DNA of 64,000 bases from Malacoraja senta (lineage: Eukaryota): positions 94,488,001 through 94,552,000 of the forward strand of contig CM075978.1 of assembly GCA_038087875.1 (NCBI GenBank), given 5' to 3'. The notes under the pieces were generated by a model that was not told the origin of the DNA, ran no database searches, and saw only the letters and a list, made by a program, of their open reading frames with translations. A program made the position numbers and the translations under genes. Shown here piece after piece: positions 10,753-22,046 of this stretch (position 1 is the stretch's first letter; the number at the start of each line of letters is the position of its first letter).

Positions 10753-13029
10753 TTGGAGGAGCAGCACCTCATATTTCCTAACATGGACCTCCTGTTAGAA
10801 AATGAGACAGGGCAGGTGGCGGAGGTATGCGTCGGGGAGCACTTCGGGTCCAGTGATCACAATACCATTAGTTTCAATATAATTATGGAGAGGGTCAGAA
10901 CTGGACCTAGGGTTGAGATTTTTGTTTGGAGAAAGGCTAACTTTGAGGAGATGCGAAAGGATTTAAAAGGAGTGAATTGGGACATGTTGTTTTATGGGAA
11001 AGATGTAGAAGAAAAATGGAGGACATTTAAGGGTGAAATTTTAAGAGTACAGAATCTTTATGTCCCAGTTCGGTTGAAAGGAAATAGTAAAAAATGGAAA
11101 GAGCCATGGTTTTCAAGGGAAATTGGACACTTGGTTCGGAAAAAGAGAGAGATCTACAATAATTATAGGCAGCATGGAGTAAATGAGGTGCTTGAGGAGT
11201 ATAAAGAATGTAAAAAGAATATTAAGAAAGAAATTAGAAAAGCTAAAAGAAGGTATGAGGTTGCTTTGGCAAGTAAGGTGAAAGTAAATCCAAAGGGTTT
11301 CTACAGCTATATTAATAGCAAAAGGATAACAAGGAATAAAATCGGTCCATTAGAGAGTCAGAGTGGACAGCTATCTGCAGAGCCAAAAGAGATGGGGGAG
11401 ATATTGAACAATTTCTTTTCTTCGGTATTCACGAAGGAGAAGGATATGGAATTATGTGAGGTAAGGGAAACGAGCAGAGTAGCAATGGAAACTGTGAGAT
11501 TCAAAGAAGAGGAGGTGCGGACACTTTTGAAAAATATGAAAACGGATAAGTCTCCAGTTCCTGACAGGATATTCCCTAGGACATTGAGGGAAGTTAGTGT
11601 AGAAATAGCAGGGGCTATGACAGAAATATTTCAAATGTCATTAGAAACGGGAATAGTGCCGGAGGATTGGCGTACTGCGCATGTTGTTCCGTTGTTTAAA
11701 AAGGGTTCGAAGAGTAAACCTAGCAATTATAGATCTGTTAGTTTGACGTCAGTGGTGGGCAAATTAATGGAAAGGATACTTAAAGATAATATATATAAGC
11801 ATCTGGATAAGCAGGGTCTGATTAGGAACAGTCAACATGGATTTGTGCCTGGAAGGTCATGCTTGACTAATCTTCTTGAATTTTTCGAAGAGGTTACTAG
11901 GGAAATTGATGAGGGTAAAGCAGTGGATGTTGTCTATATGGACTTCAGTAAGGCCTTTGACAAGGTTCCTCATGGAAGGTTGGTTAAGAAGATTCAACTG
12001 TTGGGTATTAATGGTGGAGTAGCAAGATGGATTCAACAGTGGCTGAATGGGAGATGCCAGAGAGTAATGGTGGATGGCTGTTTGTCAGGTTGGAGGCCGG
12101 TGACTAGTGGGGTGCCTCAGGGGTCTGTGTTGGGTCCACTGTTGTTTGTCATGTACATCAATGATCTGGATGAAGGTGTGGAAAATTGGATTAGTAAGTA
12201 TGCAGATGATACTAAGATAGGTGGTGTTGTGGATAATGAAGTAGATTTTCAAAGTCTACAGAGAGATTTAGGCCATTTGGAAGAGTGGGCTGAAAGATGG
12301 CAGATGGAGTTTAATGCTGACAAATGTGAGGTGCTACATCTCGGCAGGACAAATCAAAATAGGACGTACACGGTAAATGGTAGCGAATTGAGGAATGCAG
12401 TTGAACAGAGGGATCTAGGAATAACTGTGCATAGTTCCCTGAAGGTGGAATCTCATGTAGATAGGGTGGTAAAGAAAGCTTTTGGTGTGCTGGCCTTTAT
12501 AAATCAGAGCATTGAATATAGAAGTTGGGATGTAATGTTAAAATTGTACAAGGCATTGGTGAGGCCAATTCTGGAGTATGGAGTACAATTTTGGTCGCCT
12601 AATTATGGGAAGGATGTCAACAAAATAGAGAGAGTACAGAGGAGATTTACTAGAATGTTGCCTGGGTTTCAGCAACTAAGTTACAGAGAAAGGTTGAACA
12701 AGTTAGGTCTTTATTCTTTGGAGCGCAGAATGTTAAGAGGGGACTTGATAGAGGTCTTTAAAATTATGAGTGGGTTAGACAGAGTGGACGTGGATAAGCT
12801 TTTCCCATTGAGAGTAGGGAAGATTCAAACAAGGGGACATGACTTGAGAATTAAGGGACAGAAGTTTAGGGGGAACTTCTTTACTCAGAGAGTGGTAGCT
12901 GTGTGGAATGAGCTTCCAGTGGAAGTGGTGGAGGCAGGTTCGATGTTATCCTTTAAAAATAGATTGGATGGGTATATGGACAGGAAAGGAATGGAGGGTT
13001 ATGGTCTGAGTGCAGGTAGATGGGACTAG
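10753..13029 (+). CDS. CR1 ORF2 fragment: end of APE endonuclease (SDH) plus complete reverse transcriptase; no native start
   Basis: 758 open codons with GSSDHN, NYRSVSLTS, QHGF, DFSKAFD, GVPQGSVLGPLLF, YADD, ERVQRRFTRM, TRGH motifs. Confidence 0.9.
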   Translation: MEEQHLIFPNMDLLLENETGQVAEVCVGEHFGSSDHNTISFNIIMERVRTGPRVEIFVWRKANFEEMRKDLKGVNWDMLFYGKDVEEKWRTFKGEILRVQNLYVPVRLKGNSKKWKEPWFSREIGHLVRKKREIYNNYRQHGVNEVLEEYKECKKNIKKEIRKAKRRYEVALASKVKVNPKGFYSYINSKRITRNKIGPLESQSGQLSAEPKEMGEILNNFFSSVFTKEKDMELCEVRETSRVAMETVRFKEEEVRTLLKNMKTDKSPVPDRIFPRTLREVSVEIAGAMTEIFQMSLETGIVPEDWRTAHVVPLFKKGSKSKPSNYRSVSLTSVVGKLMERILKDNIYKHLDKQGLIRNSQHGFVPGRSCLTNLLEFFEEVTREIDEGKAVDVVYMDFSKAFDKVPHGRLVKKIQLLGINGGVARWIQQWLNGRCQRVMVDGCLSGWRPVTSGVPQGSVLGPLLFVMYINDLDEGVENWISKYADDTKIGGVVDNEVDFQSLQRDLGHLEEWAERWQMEFNADKCEVLHLGRTNQNRTYTVNGSELRNAVEQRDLGITVHSSLKVESHVDRVVKKAFGVLAFINQSIEYRSWDVMLKLYKALVRPILEYGVQFWSPNYGKDVNKIERVQRRFTRMLPGFQQLSYRERLNKLGLYSLERRMLRGDLIEVFKIMSGLDRVDVDKLFPLRVGKIQTRGHDLRIKGQKFRGNFFTQRVVAVWNELPVEVVEAGSMLSFKNRLDGYMDRKGMEGYGLSAGRWD

Positions 13030-13154
13030 GGAGAAGTATTTATTTTTAATTTAAAAAAAAAAAATTTAAAAATAAAAAAAAAATTTAAAAAATGTTCGGC
13101 ACGGACTTGAAGGGCCGAGATGGCCTGTTTCTGTGCTGTTATGGTTATATGGTT
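10778..13154 (+). mobile_element. 5'-truncated CR1-clade (HER1-like) LINE, young
   Basis: TSD ATATTTC at 10771-10777 and 13155-13161; tail GGCCTGTTTCTGTGCTGT plus TATGGTTA repeats. Confidence 0.92.
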
Positions 13155-14226
13155 ATATTTCGCTTGGGCAGTTTACAACCCAGCGATATGAAAATTGCAT
13201 TTTCTAACTTCAAGTAACCCTATCTCTCCGACCCTCCCCCACCCAAGTTGGCATACTAGCTTCATAGTCAGCTTGTTGCGTCTCATTGTCTGTAACTCAT
13301 TCTCACCCAGGCCTCAGCTAAAAATGGCCTTTCTCCTTTATCATCGTTGCTATTTTGCATATCTTGCATTCATTTCTCTCTCTATATATCATTTCTCTCT
13401 CTCATTCTATATATCTCTCTATCACCTTCTATATCTCTCATTTCCCTTTCTCCTGACTCTCAGTCTGAAGAAGGGTCTCGATCCGAAACATCACCTATTC
13501 CTTTTCTCCAGATGCTGTCTGACCAGCTGAGTTACTCCAGCTTTTTGTGTCAATCTTCATATTAATAAATATATATTCATATTAATCTATCTTCAATATT
13601 AATATATTGTTTGGTGCATGCATGCATCATTTACATATTTTCTGCATCTGCTGATAAAAGTCCAAGGGAAAATGGCATGTCCGAATGTTACTTGATCATT
13701 GCGATGCTTCACTTCCTTGTTAACAGAGCAGAGCTTAATGTTTGTTAAACAAATATGCACACATTATATAGAGGGAGCTGTGTTGCATGACTGGAAGTAA
13801 AGAATTATCAGCTGAAATCAAAGTGCGTTGCTAAATCAATATAGTGTCATCTGTAGCTTCCATGAGTTGCTATGGGACAATCTTTTCTAGCACATTTAGA
13901 CTGGCCAAAAGAGAGCAGAAACCACTCCTCATATGCAGGCCCTCTCACAGATGAACTGAGGCCCAGGCCAATTTCAATTTTCGTAGCCCCCAAACCAAAA
14001 TCAAGCAGAGACCTCTCAATTTTAGAGACCCCCAAATCAAGATCCCTTTGAAGCAGACAGGCATGAGGCCCATGCCAAATGGCACTCATTGCCCTCCCCT
14101 CTGATAGGGCCTGCTCATACGTGTATGATACACACAAGTTTAAAAACTATTCTATTGCATATAGCCATGTGGTTCATGAATGTTTCTGTGAGGTGCTCAA
14201 CAACATTTACCACATAAATATAATAC

Positions 14227-14528
14227 AGTGGTGTCACAGTGGCGCAGTAGGTAGTGCTGCTGCCTCACATTGCCAGAAACCCGGGTTCGAACCTGACCTC
14301 GGGTGCTGTCCGTGTGGAGTTTGCACGTCTTCCCTGTGACCACGTTGGTTTCCTTTGGGTGCTCCAGTTTCCTCCCACATACCAACGACGTGCAGTTTGT
14401 AGGTTAATTCGGCTCTGTAAATTGCCCCTAATGTTTAGGGAGTGGATGAGAATGTGGGATAACATAGATAACATGAAAGGGCAATGGTTGCACAGGGGCC
14501 TGGTTCCATGCTGCATCTCTAAACTAAA
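14227..14528 (+). mobile_element. V-SINE, older subfamily
   Basis: GTGGCGCAGTAGG, GGTTCGAACC, TTTCCTCCCACAT.CCAA, tail ATCTCTAAACTAAA. Confidence 0.85.
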
Positions 14529-14537
14529 TGTAATGTT

Positions 14538-14855
14538 TGGGTAGACAGTCAGAACCTATTTCCAGGGTGAAAATATCAAATATTAAAGGGCATAGATTTA
14601 AGATGAGAGGGGCAGGGACATGTAGGGCTATATATTTTAGACAGAGGGTGGTGAGTACCTGGAACGTACTGCGGGGGTGGTGATGGAGGAAGATACAACA
14701 GTAGTATTTAACAGACCTTTGGACAGGCACATGGATATGCATGAAATGGAGGGATACGGATTAACTGCAGGCAGAGTTAGTCTTGGCATTATGTTCGGCA
14801 TATATATTGTGGGCCGAAGGGCCTGCTCCTGAACTGTACAGTTCTATGGTCTATT
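14538..14855 (+). mobile_element. CR1 3' fragment
   Basis: ACAGAGGGTGGTGAGTACCTGGAA...GTGGGCCGAAGGGCCTG. Confidence 0.75.
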
Positions 14856-16675
14856 TCTAACTGCAGTTTGAAACTGATAATGGGATTAAAAACAAACATA
14901 AGACTTTTGCCCAGTGTAGTTTATAGCATCAGTGTAAACGGTAAAATGTTAAGCAAACTCGTGAAGATTGATCCATTTATCAATTTCCCTGGCCACCTTT
15001 ACCACTGACGGTCTTAATAAATCACAACAAATGTTGGAAGTGGATACAGTTAAACCCATTGTGACCCTGAGGATAAGTCAGTTACAATTCTTTACTTGTT
15101 CATCTTGAAGTTTACTGTAATGCATTATCGTTGCTATCTTTTTTTTTTAAACAGTGATTAAGCAGATAAGGATTTGGTTGAAGATTGAAGAGTGCAAGCC
15201 TTCAAGAATGTAAGCTGTTATTTATGTTGACATCCAACTAGTTAGTAATGAAGGCAAGAAATAGTCCTCAAGGACTCCTGGAAATGTGGTGTAATAGATA
15301 CAGGGTATCTATACATTCTGGGCTTATTCTTTATCCAATTTCACATTTCACCAGACTTGGTAGAAAATGCCATCTCCTTAAGAGTGCCATTTTTAATCAG
15401 AGGTTTTCAAATTTAAGGTCGTGGAGCTGCAAAGACGTTCCTAAAGTAATTAAGATGTCATAAGTATTCTTCAAGTAATTAAGATGTCATAAAGTAATTA
15501 CAAAAATACTGTAACACTTTCAGTTAGCACCTGGGTATTCTGAATGACTGACTTGATTGAGTAAAATTGTCATTTTGAAATTTGGTTAGTTTGATTCCAC
15601 AAACTGTAAGCACATACAATGCTGTTGAATTGCCTTCAGTAATCAGTACATTTTATTTTTCCCAAGTTGATCCAATATTTATTAGGTGCAGTATTTGGAC
15701 ATTGGGTGAATTCTAAAATCACACACAAGTTTTACTGCACTAACATTGATCAAAGCAAGGAAAAATTACTTGGATCATAACATTAAAACACCATCTGGTT
15801 GCTCATTCTTCAATTCCACATTAATTTTGGTCAGAAAGGAAAGACGTATTTTCTGTCCTTGGTTTTATGGGATAAAGGTCTTGATTGCAGAAGGAATTTA
15901 AAACCCTAATTACATCCCAATGTAATGTTCTAACCCTAATTACTTACCAAGATATGGATGCAAGAAATGATCCATGCAAAAATTTGCACGGTGAAACACT
16001 AACTGACACATATTTTTGTTTATTAGAAATCTGTTTAAAAATCCAACATATCCCAAATGGCATAAATTGTTGAACAAAATTATTTAAAATCAAACATCTT
16101 CCTTTTATTGGGAGGTATAACTGTGCCAATTTACTTTGTAAAAGGAACAAACTTGACTTATCATATTTCTCAAAAGCATGCTAACTAATTCAAGTGTTAT
16201 CTTACATTACAATGCTTTTTACGATCTTAAATATACCATCCATCAACTGAAATATTTTTGTTACAATTCAGGTGGTTTTGATGAGCATTTTTCACGAGTG
16301 CTCTCTGGTGAGTCATATCATGTCAGTGTTAGGGAAAAAGGTAATGCATTACTGGAATGTTAAACTCTGCAGACGATAGATATCTACACAATGAAACCCT
16401 AGTCCCACGCCAAGGCAGTTTGACAAACACATTATAAGTTGATAAATGAGAGAATGTTAGAATTCACTAAAATCCAGTGATGATAGTGAATAAGCCCTGC
16501 TCTTCCAGAATGTTATTCTTACCTTTTAAAACTGCCATTAGCACCTGCAGCATAGCTCGGGTGAATCTTTGGTCAACCATTTTAAATTAAAGGGATACCT
16601 TTTTAAACCCAAGAGACTGATGAATGAGCTCTGAGCAAATAGTTATTACCAGTAACTCTGTATGTCATGATTCAT

Positions 16676-16694
16676 TCTCTCTCTCTCTTATATA

Positions 16695-16764
<70 letters not shown>
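16676..16764. repeat. (CT)n/(TA)n/(TG)n compound microsatellite
   Basis: Visible dinucleotide runs. Confidence 0.95.
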
Positions 16765-16765
<1 letters not shown>

Positions 16766-17781
16766 CTCGACCCAAAACGTCGCCCATTCCTCCTCTCCAG
16801 AGATGCGGCCTCGCCAGGCTGAGTTACTCCAGCATTTTGTGTCTATATATATAAATAAATATGTCTCGATGTATGTGTGTGTGTGCATATATAGAGAGAG
16901 AGATAATAAAGGGAATAATGACATACAGTTACTGGTAATAACTATATATATATATACATATATACATATATATATACACACAAATACATTAATTAAAAAT
17001 TAAAATATATATAGAGAGAGAAATAAGAGAGTTATTACCATTAACAGAGTTAATGGTAATAACTATATATATATACATACAATTTTAAAATATATATAAT
17101 ACTAAACTAAGTGGGACTCGTTGCGTCCCAGCATCACACGGGAGGGCTGGTCCCCCAACGCAATATTCCGCCTCTCCACCAATTCCAATATTGGTGGCCA
17201 GTGGGGGGGGGGGCGCTTTCTGCAGCGCTAGTATGGGTGTTGTGGGCTGAAGGGATTGGTTTACAGAGGGCTAGTATGGACATTGTGGGCCAAATGGATT
17301 CTTGGGCTGGCGGCTCAGTCACTCAAGCCTGTTGTGCTGGCAGCTCACTCACGGCTGGTGGGCTGGCAGTTGACTCACGGCTATTCCTTGAAATTCCACT
17401 TCAAGCAGGGTGCAAGGCCACCAAATTCAAGTGCAGTTTCATACTATTTCAAGCAGGGTGCAAGGCCACTAAAGACAGCGAGTCGTGACCTCTCCCTCCT
17501 CCATCTTGCAGAGACTGAGCCACGCCCACACTTCTGGGTTTTAGTCCACCCCCTCCCACCAGAAGGGGCGTAGCCTTCATGGCATGATTGACAGGAGAGA
17601 GAATCTCAACATTTTTTAAACACTAATAACGCTTTTAATTTTCATCGATGGGAAAACTCCTCGACACCTGATGAGCGGAGGGGGATTGAGTAAGATGGCC
17701 AAAAATCACAGCCGTATGTGGTAGTGTTTTTTTCTAAAATCAAACAGGAAGTAGTCAAGATTAGACTTTTAATTATATAGA

Positions 17782-17897
17782 AGGCAAGGCAACTTTAATT
17801 AGTCAAGGCAACTTTAATTAGACAAGGCAACTTTAATTAGGCAAGGCAACTTTAATTAGGCAAATCAACTTTAATTAGGCAAGGCAACTTTAATTAG
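17782..17897. repeat. 19-bp tandem repeat AGGCAAGGCAACTTTAATT, ~6 copies
   Basis: Read directly. Confidence 0.9.
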
Positions 17898-18389
17898 GCA
17901 ACACAGCTTTAGCATGTCCAAATCATGGGCAACACAGCTTTAGCATTTCCAAACCAAAGGCAACACAGCTTTAGCATTTCCAAACCAAAGGCAACACAGC
18001 TTTAGCATTTCCAAACCAAAGGCAACACGGCTTTAGAATTTCCAAACCAAAGGCAACACAGCTTTAGCATTTCCAAACCAAAGGCATCACAGCTTTAGCA
18101 TTTCCAATCCAAAGGCAACACAGCTTTAGCATTTCCAAACCAAAGGCAACACAGCTTTAGCATTTCCAAACCAAAGGCAACACAGCTTTAGCATTTCCAA
18201 ACCAAAGGCAACACAGCTTTAGCATTTCCAAACCAAAGGCAACACAGCTTTAGCATTTCCAAACCAAAGGCAACACAGCTTTAGCATTTCCAAACCAAAG
18301 GCAACACAGCTTTAGCATTTCCAAACCAAAGGCAACACAGCTTTAGCATTTCCAAACCAAAGGCAACACAGCTTTAGCATTTCCAAACT
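17897..18389. repeat. 31-bp tandem repeat GGCAACACAGCTTTAGCATTTCCAAACCAAA, ~16 copies
   Basis: Period 31 (17959, 17990...), near-identical units, no spacers. Confidence 0.95.
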
Positions 18390-18768
18390 ATATTTTCAAA
18401 CCACATTAAGGGCACTGACAGGTCAGTAAACCCACTCACAGTTTAATAGACATGTGTTCAGTGTTATTCACAGCTCAGACTGAGAGACGTGACCCTCTCG
18501 CTTCCCCCATCTTGCAGAGACTGACTGAGGCACTCAACACTTCCCGGTTTTATAGTCCCTCTGGGGCGTGGCCTTCAGGAGAGAGAATCTCAACATTTTT
18601 AAAACTCTAATAACTCTTTTATCTTTCATCGATGGGAAAAATCCTCTTGTCCTGTGCAGCGGAGGGGGACTCTGAGTAAGATGGCCAAAAATCACAGCCG
18701 TAAGTGGCAGCGTTTTTTCTAAAATCAATATACTGAACAACAGGTAGTGGTCAAGATCAGACTTTTAG

Positions 18769-18812
<44 letters not shown>

Positions 18813-19654
18813 TGAGAGAAATAAAGAGAATTGTGACAGCTAATGGTAATAGTATATATATAATAACAATTATTATATATATTTATTATACATATATATA
18901 ATAAAAATCACACACATTAAATCTTTGCAAACTGATCTGTGCTCCTTTACAGTAATGCTGACATTGGAGATGATCGTATTTCTGAAATAATATTAGGCAT
19001 GATATTTATGAAATTCCAATGCCTTCAATTGACGACGATAAATTAAAGGAGTCGTGTTTATGCTGGAAATTCTCACTTGGCCCCTTCCAGGGGAGAGATG
19101 ACAAGATGCTTCCCTAGGGGAGTAGATGGCAAAGTCAACAAGCAAACCAACTTTGTCCACTTCTGCACCTTCTCGAATCCGGCCATTAATTGGCAGGAGC
19201 CCAGACGGAAATCACCATCATTTGGAAGCATGCCTAGGAAATAATGCATGGTGCAAAGTACATGAAGCGCAAGGTTAAAATAACTAAAATGGAGAGGGAG
19301 TTAAATAGAAGAGCAATATTTTTCTAAATGAGTTGTTGAAATGTGTTACAAACTGTAACTGGTCATCAGTGAAAAGTAAAGTGAACTAAAGTGAGTTAAA
19401 GAAATGGTCCTCCCAGTGGCTTCTGAATTCTACCCTTCTACTTAATCCTGCCTGATATTTCCTTACTCTTTCTTCTACTACAAACTCTGTTTGCAAGTAG
19501 CCCTTTGGCATTATGTGCTTGATCACCTGCAGAGTGACCATTTTCTTATTCTTCCTTGTTGGACTTCTTCATCTGTCCACCTCTTAGCCTCAAGGGTAGT
19601 CTGGGTGACACCAGCAAAGAACTGATGTTCTGCAGGCAAATAACACATTAAGTA

Positions 19655-20032
19655 GAAACATGGAACAGCAGATGCTGGTTTACAGAAAAAAAGACAAAGT
19701 GGTGGAGTAATTCAGCGGGTCAGGCAACATCCCTAGAGAACACGAATAGGTGACATTTCTTCAGTCAGCGAGTGGTGATTCTGTGGAATTATTGGCCGCA
19801 GAAGGCTGTGGAGGCCAAGTCAGTGGATATTTTTAAGGCAGAGAGAGGTAGATTATTTATTAGTACAAGTGTCAGAGGTTATGGGGAGAAGGCAGGAGAA
19901 TGGGGTTAGGAGGGAGAGATAGATCAGCCATGACTGAATGGCGGAGTAGACCTGGTGGGCCGAATGGCATAATTCTACTCCTATTCCTCAAGACCTTATG
20001 ACATTTCGGGTCGGGACCCTTCTTCAGACTGA
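19655..20032. mobile_element. Penelope terminal fragments (-) flanking a CR1 3' end (+, ~19764-20000)
   Basis: GAACAGCAGATGCTGG...; GGGTCGGGACCCTTCTTCAG; CR1 tail between them. Confidence 0.7.
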
Positions 20033-20126
20033 TGAACGGTCCTGAAGTAACACATGAATGTGTATTGATCAATTTTGTTTATATCTCAGGGAGTGTTAAC
20101 ACCAGGTGATATTAGAGTACGTATTT

Positions 20127-20250
20127 ATTTATTTTTTATTTTTTAATTATTTTTATTAGAAGTACGGTAAATTACAGTAATACACAACACATATATCTTA
20201 ATACATTTTTTATACCGCTTCATTTTTTTGAGCTTTAAGAGAAAGAGAAA
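20127..20250 (-). mobile_element. L1 3' end, same family as 47321-48125
   Basis: Nearly identical in reverse to 48000-48110; probable TSD GTATTT. Confidence 0.85.
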
Positions 20251-20444
20251 GTATTTCTTGGTGACTATTTTTTTCTGTGCCTTAGCAATGGCTGTCTGGC
20301 ACTTGGCTTGCTCGAGTGACACCAACAGTCGAGTGATATTCAAAATTCATCTTTGTCAAAATTTATATCAGATTGATCTTTATAGTGACTCCTGCTGTTC
20401 ACTTCAAAGAGAACTAGCTTTTAATAATGCTGAAGGCTCATTGC

Positions 20445-21266
20445 TAAACTCTCTGTTTTTAAAGGTAAATGCCTTGAAGTTTATGGACCAGGTAGAATTT
20501 AATACAGCACAAATAATGTAGAAAGCAAGAAATCACTTACTACCAGGTAATATACAAAAAAATGTTCTTTGTCAGGGAGGGTGGTTATAATTTGAGAGGA
20601 AAGTTTAATTTTGTGTTCGTACAACTATGAAGAGTAGGGGGTTTCAATCTGAGGGGTGAAATTGTGGAATGATCTGGATGTGGAACTCAAGCAAAGCATA
20701 GGCATTACTAAGAAGAAGTGCAGACAAATATTTTCAAGAGGCATAAGAATGAGGAAGGGTTGTGATGATGGTTAAGTTTTAGTTTATTGCCACGGTGTGA
20801 TATTCGCATTGTACATAGAATTTGGATAATTGTTTATAAACTGTATATATGTCTGTTTGCGTGCGTGCATATGCATGTATATATGTCTGTATGTATGTAG
20901 TTTATGTANNNNNNNNNNNNNNNNNNNNNNNNNNNNNNNNNNNNNNNNNNNNNNNNNNNNNNNNNNNNNNNNNNNNNNNNNNNNNNNNNNNNNNNNNNNN
21001 NNNNNNNNNNNNNNNNNNNNNNNNNNNNNNNNNNNNNNNNNNNNGATGAGTAGCAGAAAAGGGGTAGGAATAAATAAGTGTACACTTCCTCCTACTCTTT
21101 TTCGAACATGTAAGATTTAATTTGTGATGTTTATGAGAAGTTATTTAATGAGTTATGTATAGGTTTATCGTTCATTTCATTTTATTGTTATTTTGCTTTG
21201 TTTTTAACTTATTTTGTTTTACCTGTTCGAAATATAATATATACTACTACTACTACTACTACTACT
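20445..21266 (+). mobile_element. L2/Crack-type LINE 3' fragment spanning a gap
   Basis: NSLFLK..ALKFMD.VEF.TAQIM*KARN.LLPGNIQK..F.REGGYNLRGKFNF; 3' stem-loop GGGGTAGGA..AATAAG..TCCTACTC; (TAC)n tail. Confidence 0.7.
20909..21044. other. assembly gap
   Basis: N run. Confidence 1.
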
Positions 21267-21618
21267 TATTTACAGAGTCAATTCCCTTACAGTTAAAGGC
21301 AGGATACAGCACATCCATCTGCAGGACATGCCTCAAGAAAACTGACCCAAGTTTGAAGAAGAGTCCGAACCGAAATCTTTGTCTGTTCATTCCTTATGAG
21401 TGCCTTATCCAGCACACCACTGCACAAAGTAGAGAGGAGATTTAGTAGCACTCCAGAGGTGCAGGTTTTTGCTTATGTGGACCAGTTGGAAAATCCGGGC
21501 TTGTTCCCTCCGGCTGGAATTGAAGGTCAGACATAGCAGAGGGGGAGGGAATGCTTTTCAAAATAAAAGTGTCCGTTGGTTAGATTCACAGTTCCCTTAA
21601 GTTTCCCTGGAAGATTTA

Positions 21619-21958
21619 TGGGCCTGTCCCAGTTACGCGACTTTTATGGCGACTGCCGGCGCCCGTCATAGGTCGTTGCAGGTCGCCGAAAATGTTCAAC
21701 ATGTTGAAAATCCAGCGACGACCAGAAAGACACTACGACTCTTTGGGCGACTGAGGAGACGACTCACGACCATACAGGCGACACCCTGGCGACATGTCGC
21801 GGGGTGAAGCCTGTATGGTCGTGAGTAGTCGCCCAAAGGGTCGTACCTTGTTCTGGTCGCCGCTGGATTTTCAACATGTTGAACATTTTCGGCGACCTGC
21901 AACGACCTATGACGGGTGCCGGCAGTTGCCGAAAAAGTCGCGTAAGTAGGCAGGCCCA
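21619..21958. mobile_element. PIF/Harbinger MITE with ~110-bp TIRs
   Basis: TGGGCCTG...CAGGCCCA; TTA TSD at 21616-21618 and 21959-21961. Confidence 0.88.
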
Positions 21959-22046
21959 TTAGATTGAGGTGGTGCAGAGGAAGAAAGAGATCCTGCTCTC
22001 CGCTGGGCATGTACATGGCAGGCTCTCAGGAAGGTTCAAAGGCAAT

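Larger units (their letters stand above)
10606..13560 (+). mobile_element. Penelope-like element 3' end (GIY-YIG C-terminus plus pLTR) split by the CR1 insertion
   Basis: DLPVAKHFNS...KLEEQHLIF up to 10777 resumes as RLGSLQPSDMKIAFSNFK* at 13161-13217; hammerhead-like core at ~13465. Confidence 0.85.
17102..18776 (-). mobile_element. non-autonomous Helitron, composite, with internal tandem arrays
   Basis: Minus strand ends with a GGGAC..GTCCC hairpin then ACTTAGTTTAG|T (CTAG-like); inner 5' end TCTATATAATTAAAAG at 17781; second 5' end at ~18776; homologous to 57749-59565. Confidence 0.75.

Noticed and set aside
15443-15500. Short direct repeats (also ~39198, ~44250, ~8330)
   Set aside because: Ordinary 10-30-bp slippage duplications
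17897-18389. 31-bp repeats of CRISPR-like length
   Set aside because: Head-to-tail with no spacers, no cas genes, vertebrate context; it is a minisatellite
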